Shown here in pieces: positions 13,268 to 23,144 of a DNA stretch of 56,083 bases. The DNA is from Cirrosporium novae-zelandiae (Eukaryota): the NCBI GenBank assembly GCA_026023565.1, contig JAPETS010000023.1, positions 496,001-552,083 on the forward strand, read 5' to 3'. The notes below the pieces were generated by a model, which was given only the letters and a program-made list of their open reading frames with translations, was not told where the DNA came from and did no database searches. Every line of letters starts with the position of its first letter. Positions within the stretch are counted from its first letter, which is position 1. Position numbers and translations under genes: made by a program.

Positions 13268-14262
13268 GGTGTTGTCTTGGTGCCTTGAATATCTCTACCG
13301 TAGGTACACCAAGGTAGACAGACGACTACGCTAGTTCTACCAACCACTTCTACCAACTTCTACATAGCAGAAAGTAAACATTTCAAGATTCAGAATTCGA
13401 AATTCAATAATTAATTATTCGATAACATTCGACATTCGGCGCATTGCGAGCTTTGTTCAATAATTATGTACTGTACTAATCAACAGAATTAAAAAAAAAA
13501 AAAAAACGAGTCGCCAAGCTGTTCTAAAGGCCTAAGTCTGCAACTTTGGCTGCATCGTCACATCTCCCGCTGTTCCATCCAATCGACACCTCAAACTTGG
13601 TTGCTACGCACATAGCACCATACATCCCGGCGCCTATCCCCTGTGACAATCCCAGTTTCTGCTCATCATTCGTTCTGAGCTCACTAACTCGAGTAGACCT
13701 CTACAGACCTCGGCGGTTATTTTTGTATCTTCATGCATAGAATTCCAATAATCTCTATATCCAGTTCTTGCTCAATACCCAACCAATGTGCATCATGGAC
13801 CGGCCCACTTGCACTTGGGCAGCGCATGACTGCCATCCACACTTAGAATCCATGGTTGGAATCATTGAAATGATTGAGGACCTCGCTTCTATGCGACCTC
13901 TTAATGCATCGAGATATCTGATCGAAGCTCTAATTCTTTCACACATCTCTTATCGACCTTTAAGCAGACGTACCGAAGTGTATCACCACACCGGTCCTGT
14001 GCTATCACATATTTGCTCACTTTCATGCTTCCAAACTTTGCTCCTCTTGTCCAATATACATAGACATAGATTGGCCCCCATCAAAAGCCAAGCTATTCCC
14101 TCCTCTCCATGTCTAGATAGCCCCAGTCTCAAGGTATTGCTATCGCCGTGCGAGTGCTCTACCTCTATCGCTACACATTCCTCTCTTATATCTCCTGCTG
14201 GCCAGAGCTTGAGTGCTTTGCCCTATCCTTCTTGCCCTATCTTTCACATCTCATCCAGAATC

Positions 14263-14745
14263 ATGGGGAAGCTCATCAAAAATCATTGGGCTCGCCTTAT
14301 TGTTCTCACGTCGGGAGCCTGTATGTTCTTCACCCTCTTCATACTCATCATATCTGCTAACAGTATTTCAGATCAGGTTGCCGCAGCCATTGAAGGATTC
14401 TTCTGGCCCAAAATCTTTTGGGACTTCCTGACGAAAACACTCGACGGTGCCGTCAAACCCGCACCCATCCTCCAAATTATCAACTTACTCCTCGGCCTCT
14501 TCGTTCTAGCCTGGGAATGGCCCCTCAAATACATCGCCGGGACATGGATTCATAGAAGCATCGAGGCACGACTGATCCTCTTGCCGCTTCCTAGCTTGGC
14601 AGCAGTTCTACTGTACCAAGGAACAAATTCAGCATTATATTATTTGATCGGAATTGGTGTATATTTCTGGGCATATTGTGAAGGCGAGATGGTATGCACG
14701 CATCCTTGGACATTACCAAGAAGGGGAGGCAGAGGGAAGGTATAA
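14263..14745 (+). CDS. noxD: NoxD/Pro41 (fungal p22phox homologue)
   Basis: Exons 14263-14320 and 14372-14745. Protein: MGKLIKNHWARLIVLTSGAYQVAAAIEGFFWPKIFWDFLTKTLDGAVKPAPILQIINL...AWEWPL...LLYQGTN...YFWAYCEGE...PWTLP, which is the Pro41/NoxD pattern. Divergent from noxA. Confidence 0.93.
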   Translation: MGKLIKNHWARLIVLTSGACMFFTLFILIISANSISDQVAAAIEGFFWPKIFWDFLTKTLDGAVKPAPILQIINLLLGLFVLAWEWPLKYIAGTWIHRSIEARLILLPLPSLAAVLLYQGTNSALYYLIGIGVYFWAYCEGEMVCTHPWTLPRRGGRGKV

Positions 14746-15595
14746 TGGTATATTTTGGAGAAGGTGGGATGTACATATATGATACCCTTGATGAATAAAT
14801 CTGCATTGCATAGCGTGGTGCAGCATGACATGGTGCAATGAAATTAATCTCGCCATATATTCTCGAATTATTTTTCCATGTCTATATACTATCAAGTAGA
14901 GTACTCATCCTGTCAAACTACTTGTACAATTTCTTCATTATCTCGGGCTCAAAGTATAGATATATAACCTAGGTAATGCGATGCCAAGCCTCCTCACCGT
15001 TGAAAGCTTATTGATCCATGCAAGGCGTACAAGGTAACACCTGACCTCTTCATCCTCTTGATTTCCAAACAAGTATTGCAACGGGGCCTACTGATTTATG
15101 TTCAGGCCACATTTTGTGCTGTGCCGATTGTTTCAAGGGTCAAACGAAGTTAGAATTGTTGAATTGGACCATCATGAATATGCTGCCACGCCTCACCATC
15201 AACAAAGGAATCCAGGATGGATCCTATGGATCATGAACACTTCTAAAGTAAGCATCGCAGAATTTTAGACATCTATCAATAAGACAAATTGATAGTTTTG
15301 AACTCTGCTGGTTAAGTTGATAGGAGGGAGTGGAGGGGCGTAGGTAAATACGAAGGGCTATCTATATTTACAATTTCCATCGAAATAGCTCTCCATAGAC
15401 CTTAGCAAGTTTCATTGAGGCCCCAATGGTCCTTTTTGGTACAGGTATGGACCGTCAAATTTATAATACAAAGATGTATCTCCCTGCGCTCCTCTCCTAC
15501 TTTCGACTCTCTTCTAGTCCTTCCTCTTCCTCTTCCTCTTCTTCTTAAGAACAGCTGAATAAGCCAAATCATCATCTTTTTTTTCAAATGTCGCC

Positions 15596-16264
15596 ATGAA
15601 TAATATTACGACATTAAGCACTGTACCACCACCCGTGGTTGTATCATACTCATATCTTTTCTTCCTTCTCTTTCCAGTCAAAGAAAATATTGGACGCTCG
15701 CAGCGGTCAGTCTCAAGCTCTTCGACGACAGGAATTAAAATTTCCACGATATCTTCGAGCGTTTTTTCTAGTTCGTCGTCGTCATTGTCCTTAACCTCAT
15801 CAACTCCACCAATTACTTCAGTCGTGGACCTCATACAAGCCTCTGCGATAGCAGCGGTAGCCACCGAACCCCCGGTCCCTCGTCTAAACACTCCGCGTAC
15901 CGATACGCTGGCTATGAGTCTAGGCCTTGGTCTCGGACTCGGAATCCCAATTGCCGGCTCAGCGATAGTAATACTACTCCTGATCTGGCATCGCCGACAA
16001 GAAAATAATACAAAGAAGCGATCTGCGCATCACCAAAAATCACTTCGCGATAACATTGACGATAATGGCGTGTCGTTCGAACTACCGCCGACCCCAATAA
16101 ATCCTTCTTTTCAATCTTATACTTCATCGAGGCTTCAACTGCCCTTAGGAAAGGGCACAGGCGACTACGGAGATGAGGATGATGATGATAGGTCCCTGCG
16201 CTTAATATCGCCACGTCCGTGGATCGAAGAATATTCAAGGGCCAATGAACTAGAAGGTGATTGA
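15596..16264 (+). CDS. Hypothetical S/T-rich single-pass membrane protein (Mid2-like architecture); 5' end uncertain
   Basis: 222-aa ORF with a Ser/Thr-rich tract, a TM segment (LGLGLGLGIPIAGSAIVILLLIW), a basic stop-transfer HRRQ, and a cytosolic tail ending ELEGD. No clear signal peptide. Confidence 0.55.
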   Translation: MNNITTLSTVPPPVVVSYSYLFFLLFPVKENIGRSQRSVSSSSTTGIKISTISSSVFSSSSSSLSLTSSTPPITSVVDLIQASAIAAVATEPPVPRLNTPRTDTLAMSLGLGLGLGIPIAGSAIVILLLIWHRRQENNTKKRSAHHQKSLRDNIDDNGVSFELPPTPINPSFQSYTSSRLQLPLGKGTGDYGDEDDDDRSLRLISPRPWIEEYSRANELEGD

Positions 16265-18082
16265 AAAGTAGCAAGAGGCGGAATTATGGCCATGATGAGT
16301 TCAAATTTCAGGTTTCGAGATTGACTTGGGATCATAAGAGGCAGGGGAAAAATGCGATATAAACATAAAATCTAGTTGGCCTAGAGGATGGGATGAATGA
16401 AGCATGGCTTCATGATAATCTTGGTACTTGAAAAGAGCAGGATCATCTAAGACAGAGCAAGTGCGCAAGAGAAATCTGACACTCATGAGGGAACCGGGAC
16501 GGATTCAATACTCCAACCCGTAAGTGAACCAGGGCAGGGCATTCAAGACCGTTAATTTATTAGACTGCATTTCAGATTCTGACTCCAAATTCAGCATTGG
16601 GCAAATCCAACCAGCGTATGTAGCTTCGGAGGGCTGAATATGCTGTAAAACATCATCGACCTGCTTACCCGCCTTGAGTTGGTAGGGAGGCTTGGGCCCT
16701 ATAGTGGACAACTATCAACCTACTTCGGTACACGACCATGATACAACACCAGAACCACAATATTGACCCGTCGTCCTTTTTTTAAAACGCTGTTGAAAGA
16801 ATTAGAGAAAAATCGAGTTCGAAACTCAGAAATACCAAACAGAAAAACAATTGATCGAATTCGGACGAAAGGTTCAGTTAGGATCAAGAAAAATCTAATC
16901 GATCGCTACAAAGTAACTATGCAAGCAGACGACAATTGTGTTGATTTGATATAAGTGTAGATGCCAGTCAAGTGTTACCTCGTATACAATTACTTTCAAA
17001 TCTGGAGAAATGACCTTCTGTGTGAACACATATCTTCATATCATATGCAAGAGATAAGCTTCAAGCAGGTTGGACCTTCTACACATGTAGATGACCACGA
17101 AGCTGCATCATCCAACGCTTTCGGAGGTACTCTCTCAAGGCAAAAGCCTACTCCCTACTTGTTGTAAAAATGAGCAAGAGTATAAGGCCGGCAGATGGAA
17201 ATCTCACTAACGCCAAACAAACCACGCCAAAGAAGCGGCAGAATTTCCAGAATGAGACCCAGTGGTGCGGCTCAACTTATTCCACGGCCATAACTAGCTG
17301 CACGACACCGAACAAAACAGAAAACATTGCGAAAACGGATTGCAGAGAGCTGTAGAAACGAGCAAAATAGTCAGAAGTCGCAGAAATGTCGCCAGTTAAA
17401 CCTTTTGGGAACAGGATATGCTACTTCTGCCTATGCAATTTTGAAATCATATTTATGTTTAATAAGGAAAACGTCTGTCTAAAAGTAACTCGGTGCAGCT
17501 TATACCAAGTTAATATTCTTGGATGAAGAGTAATAGCTGCCTTGAGCTTGGTGAGCTCTCCATAAGGATGCCGGTGAAGATAACATATAATTATAGGTGT
17601 ACACAGATTTAAGAAGTCGTTAACGCTGGAAATCTTCCTGCCATTAAAATATGGTGAATTATTTTAGTTATATTTGAAACATCTAGCTTCATGCTTGAGC
17701 GAGCTACATATATTACGATTCTTGGATTGTCCTTGATTGAATTTCTTGTTTTTCGGGACTATATCCTTTAAACTAATAAGCCTACCCATGAGCTTACTGG
17801 CAAGCCTATCATTGAACCAAAGCCAAAAAAAAAACGGAGGACTTTATGAATCCAAAGCATCCCGTAGCGATCACTAAAAAAGATCTTTGGAAAAGGCTCA
17901 ATAATCTTCTATGTCTAAAAAACAGTTCCCTTAAAGGCGATAATAACGGTTTGCAGCTATTCTTGGTCCCACGACCTCTCATCGGCCAACTGATATATGT
18001 TATGCTGAGTACAAGAAGCAAGGCAAAGTTAAACAACCAGCCATCGCTCGTCACAGAGCTCTACTTTGCTTATGTATATTCA

Positions 18083-18836
18083 TTAATGAGATAATCCAAC
18101 TGCCCAAGCTCCAACAATAGTCCCTAGAATCAAGACAACGGTTCTGGCATCATTAAACTTCTTCCACATGAGCACAAGATCCTTGGTGCTGTTTCGCGCT
18201 TCTGTATCTTTGCTCCATTTCTCATTTCGGCTATATGTCAAAGCGATCGATTCATTTCCAGGACCGGCAACCTTGTCGGAACGGATTGAGAGCGCACCGT
18301 TTACATGGCGTAAGAAGGTCCACGCGAATGGAATACCGGATGATGTCGTCGCTGCAGCTATTGTATAAAGTTAGCGGAGGAGTGAGGATTCAGGGGCTAG
18401 ATCAACCGATTTGTTAGTTCCACATCTCCAACCATATAAAGTTGTGGATGGGTGAATGTAGGATCGAATACGCACCCATATATGCCAGATATCCGAAACC
18501 GAGACCGTTTATGAGGCACAGTGGGATAGAAATCTTGCCGCCAGAGAGTTAGCATCAAATATACAGTTCATATTTTTTTCACAAGTAGTGTTAGTAGCGT
18601 ACACGGTAGCCAGCCAGGAACTGATCCCGCCATTGTTGAGCGAGCTGTGCTTCAGTTGGAGCCTTTATGATTGCAGGAACTGCTGCATTCGAGAGAGCCC
18701 ACGTATAACCTATGTGAACGCAAAGGTTAGATGCACTGTATTTCTCGTCCTTGACTTCAAACATACCCGCAAAGATACCCGAGGACGTAAGTACCGCGGT
18801 TTTAGCAAATACGATCGGGGAGATGTGAAAATCCAT
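18083..18836 (-). pseudogene. DUF1772 / anthrone-oxygenase-like membrane protein gene with an in-frame TAA (possibly rescued by splicing)
   Basis: Exons 18836-18767, 18709-18603, 18533-18476, 18396 (or 18357)-18083. Protein: ...SSGIFAGYTWALSNAAVPAI...LAQQWRDQFLAGYRISIPLCLINGLGFGYLAYMAPESSLLR*LYTIAAA...GIPFAWTFLRHVNGAL...KDLVLMWKKFNDARTVVLILGTIVGAWAV. TAA at 18373-18371. Confidence 0.72.
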
Positions 18837-19659
18837 CCCTGCGTGCTGGGGAAAACTAGTTATGCTTTGGTGTTATAAATTTATTGGCATATAACTTTCT
18901 ATCGCTTCTGAACAATATGGAGAGAATGACAGAAAGCATGATTCGTTCTTATATATATATTCTTGAAACATGTTCGGTGTACGGAAAACCTGAATAACAA
19001 CTCCCTGGAGATAACATGCATTGCAGTTGACTCTCGTCACCAATTTTCATTATTTACTTGTTCGGTGTTGTTGATCATGATCCTGAAGGATTGATAGGAA
19101 GTTGAATTATGGAGTGTTGATAGATACTCGGTCCTCCTTGAACCCGGTCCGCGCCGGTATATCGGTGAAAGCGGAACCCGAGGTCGGTACCTTTCCAACC
19201 GATCCGTCGTCCTCTAGATAGCTCATCTAGATGATGTACAGCATACTTTCAATATTTATCAAGCAGCCACGTTCGGCCACGCCAGCCGACTACCTAGTGC
19301 TAACTATAAGGTAAATAGAAGGGAAAACTTGTCTTGATTGTATGATTTTTCATGCGCCCTTTTCTATGGTACGAGCAACTCAAGTACACAGGCATCAGTA
19401 GTCAGCCTCGCAACACTAACAAGCCAACCTAAGTAGTGCCCTACTCGGATATGCAGCAGTTGAGCCTCGGAATAAGTGAGGCCCTTTTTATCCCATTAAC
19501 TTAGGAACCTTCAGCCGTGTTTTCTACCCTTCGCTCCGGAAGCAACCGATGGTTCGTATCGGAGGTAGCACCGTTTAAATGCACTTTGCTAATGAGTGTT
19601 TCGCCTTATCTTTTGCAGACAACAGAAACAATCATAAAGTCGCATTTATGGGTTGGTGT

Positions 19660-20060
19660 GGAGAAAGAATGGCCGCGGAGGCTGCTGCATATTCCAACTA
19701 TGACCTCGCTAGAACGCACGGAAGACAATGTATATGGCAATAAGAACGAGCCCGCCTACGGTATTCTATCCTACACATAGGGCCGCTAGCACACCAGCAA
19801 TGGCACAGCACTTGATACTAAAGGGACGACGTGGGAAATCTCAGCCGTAAACGAAGAGCACTTTTCTATTGCCAAGTTTAACTAAGTTATACGTTGGATA
19901 GGCCAGGACGTGGACTACGTGTGAATTGATGTAGCGTGAATTGATCAAGAAGGACCGCGCCGTTATGATGGATGAAATTGGAAAACAGGCAGAGATTTTT
20001 TCCAACGAGCGTCCCAAGTCTACATTTGGGTAAGTCGCCTTGGAACCGCCGAGTTGCAGG
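19660..20060 (+). pseudogene. HET-domain (heterokaryon incompatibility) pseudogene
   Basis: Reads WPRRLLHIPTM...PAYGILSYT*GR*...WEISAV...FN*VI...DYV*IDVA*IDQE, then after a frameshift MDEIGKQAEIF, then after another frameshift RASQVYIWVSRL. This matches the HET motifs LSYxWG, WIDxxCIDQ and M..I...A..V.IW. Stops at 19778, 19787, 19883, 19922, 19937. Confidence 0.85.
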
Positions 20061-20994
20061 CTTCAATTTGATGGCCTTTTCCAGCGCAGCCCTGAGTTGC
20101 TCCTGTTGGACGATGCAAAAAGTAATTCCATTACCATTTGTGAGATCCTTTCATTGCTATGTGAGTCTCTTGAGACAATCCTCAAGGACCAACCCCACGA
20201 GCAGATGCCCTGATACTATCTCATGAAGCTGAGCCCATTCCACTGGGTCATACTGATGGCCATGCTTACTTGATGATTTTTTGTGAGCACATGCCAGAAC
20301 ATTTACTAAGATATTTTCTTCCCCGACAAGTTTGTCCCCAGACTACTGGGGCCTCTCTTGCTTGATGTAGAAACACCTTCTCAAAGATACTAGCAGCGGA
20401 TCGGGGTTTGCACCTGGCACTCCTGTGAAGGCAACACCATCCAGCATTCCATATGGGAGCCATTGGAGACGGAACTACATTGAAGATTTCGCTCCGCTAA
20501 TCGACTATCTGAGAGGTAGACGTGTGTCTTGAAACGCTATCACTTAACGCTGGCATTGCCCCCCCCCCTTCTCCCTACCTCACTCCTTCAATACCCACCA
20601 CCGACAGCGCATCTACTATATAGAGTACATCACAGTATAGTATAAGTATACACGGCATCGCCCAGACCCCCCCCTTTTTTTTCTTTACCCCAAACACCAT
20701 GCTTGAATATATATATATATATACTCTTCAGTAGTTTTTCGTAATTAAAACAACTCTTTCTCTCTCTCTCTCAAAAAAAAAAAGAATATATATACAATTA
20801 TATATTTCTACTAAAAAGGGTAAGCTAATAGTCTAAGTACTCTTCTTCTCACCTAATTAGGACCAAAAAAAAAAGGGGGATGTGGGATAAATACTCACTA
20901 ATTACTTATGTGTGGGTTGATTACCCCCCCCAGCCAGTGTGTTAGAATTAGGATATATATAAAACCCTTAGCTACGTCCTCCGTAACAGTTTCA

Positions 20995-21024
20995 TGTCCT
21001 GTCCTGTCCTGTCCTGTCCTGTCC
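20995..21024. repeat. (TGTCC) x6 microsatellite
   Basis: Read directly. Confidence 0.9.
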
Positions 21025-21299
21025 CTAATAGATAAGATAGATAGGATGGCATCTATTCAGTTTTTTTTTTTTTTTTGGTGGTGGTGATGGAGATATTGGA
21101 AGTAAGTAGGTAAGGTAGGTAATATTAACGAAGAAAAGAGAGAGAAAGGAAGGGGGGGGGGGGGGGTCGATGCTATCTAGGGGACTGGGGGAACTCGGTT
21201 ATCAAAAGGGGAAGGGAGAAAATAATCCAAATAGAAACCTCTTTCTTTATATATATCTATACCGTAAAAAACCCCCCATATATCCATCCCTAACCCCCC

Positions 21300-22225
21300 T
21301 CACTGCAAATTAACAAACAACCCCCCATCAACCAACACCTGCGCCCCCGTAACAAATCCACTCAAATACTCACTCGCCAAAAAAACCGCCGGCCCCGCCA
21401 AATCCCTCGGAACCCCCACCCTGCCCAACGGCGTCCTGCCCTCCATATACCCCCTCTTCCCTTCATCCCTCAAATCCTCTTCATTCAACTGCGTCTCAAT
21501 CGTCCCCGGCAGTAACGCATTACACCTGATCCCATACTTCCCCAACGCCGTCGCACACGATTGCATCAGAGATAAAACCCCGGCCTTTGTGGGCGTGTAA
21601 TGCGTCTGCTGCGCACCCCCCACGAGCGCCGAGATGGACGATAATGCGATGATGGACCCACCTGGTGGATTCTGCTCAGCCATCTGTCTTGCAGCAGCCT
21701 GCACGGCATAAAACGCTCCATCCAGATTCGTCCGCACGGTCTTGCTGTAAAGATCCGGAGTGATGGAAAGAAAATCCGCAAACTCGCACACACCGGCGTT
21801 GGAGACGAAGATGTCTAGACGGTGGAAATGGGTTATTGCGGTTTGCACTAGGAGGCGGCCGGTGGCGGGGTCGGAGATGTCCCCCGCGACGGTTATGCAA
21901 TGGGTTCCGTTTGCGGAGCGTTCATCATGGAGGGTGGGGATGTGGTGGCCGTCATGTTGGTCGGAGAGGTGGTTTATTACGACGTGAGCGCCTTGGGATA
22001 GGAATTCGAGGGCGATGGCCTAGAAGGGGAGTGTTAGTTTGATCTTTTTGGGGGGAGAAGGATGGGAGAAGAAGTTACCCTGCCAATTCCCGTAAGGCCG
22101 CCTGTAATGCATGCCACTTTCCCAGCTAGAAGACCTGTAGGGTTACCGTTCGCAGAGGGGGTTTGGGGGAGGGATAAGGGGGGCGGTGAGGCGGAAGGTT
22201 CACTGGAAGATCCGTCGGAAGTCAT
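21300..22225 (-). CDS. lraA: L-rhamnose 1-dehydrogenase (SDR family)
   Basis: Exons 22225-22079 and 22019-21300. Rossmann motif TGGLTGIGRAIA, SNAG, SSISALVGGAQQTHYTPTKA (YxxxK), C-terminal VDGGLFVNLQ. Clustered with rhaR and lraC. Confidence 0.9.
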
Positions 22226-22602
22226 GAAAGAATTAAATTCAATAGATATTTTTTATTATCTATTTACTGTAAGAAGAGAGAGAGAGAGAGAAAAGAGACA
22301 GTCTTTGGGAATGAATGAGATGAAGGGGCTTAAGGTCAAGGAGGAGAATGGGGTTTAAGACGCTGTTGCTGTCGGAAGTAGTAGTATAGATGGTGGATGG
22401 TAATGAAGTTGGTCATGATGGATGAGGGCGGGGCCTTCGTTTAGCTTTAGATAAGTGTTTTTTTTTTTTCTTTTTGTGAAAATGATATTAGGAGTACAAT
22501 AGTAATTGGTGTTGGGAGTCATGGTAGAATGTTGTCGCGAACCCTGTGAAGAAATTGGAGAAAGAGGGGTTTTTTGGTGGGGCGAATGAGGGAATCAATG
22601 GG

Positions 22603-22619
22603 CGGCGGCAATTGTGCCG
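22603..22619. promoter_or_regulatory. CGG-N11-CCG Zn2Cys6 site (putative RhaR site) upstream of lraA
   Basis: CGG-cggcaattgtg-CCG about 380 bp upstream of the lraA ATG. The same spacing recurs at 26216-26232. Confidence 0.6.
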
Positions 22620-22870
22620 AGTAATCAAGGTCCCTTCGGTCCGGGGGATGTAGGAAAGGTAAGTAATTAGGTAGTACAGGAAGGAGTACAACAGTAACAG
22701 TACAGTACAAGTAATAGTGATCACAAAGCTATGAGCTATGAACTTATGAGCTATGAGGTGATGGATCATTTGGCTCAAAATTATAATTTTGACATGGCCT
22801 CCCTGCCTCCCGCCCCTCTGCATCTCTGTCGTATCGACCCTCGACAAATGCAAGTCCCCTTAGATCATAC

Positions 22871-22969
22871 ATGGCTAAATATCAAACCCCACATGACTCC
22901 AATCTGCACCTGGCTGAAGAATCAAATGTAACAACCAAACCCCCATATATACCAGCACATAACCTATAA
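22871..22969 (+). pseudogene. Possible 5' stub of L-rhamnono-lactonase (lraB/LRA2)
   Basis: ATG-initiated 32-codon ORF MAKYQTPHDSNLHLAEESNVTTKPPYIPAHNL*. DSNLHL resembles the N-terminal D-S-H-x-H-L of amidohydrolase_2 lactonases. It lies divergent from lraA. Short enough to be chance. Confidence 0.3.
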
Positions 22970-23144
22970 TGTTTTTTCAACATCCGCCCTGAATCCTCCC
23001 ATTAACCCAATCCGTTGTCCATCATAGAAGTCATAACCCTAGTAAACCCTCGGAATATATATCGAATACCCCAAACCGACCTCAAAGAATATGTCGTAGA
23101 ATCATAGGCACATAGTGCACGAAACATACTACTAGGAAAACCAA

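Noticed and set aside
16301..18094. Short ORFs that might form another gene or a transposon relic
   Set aside because: No family motif, terminal repeat or consistent exon chain could be identified. Kept only as part of the decay-island note.
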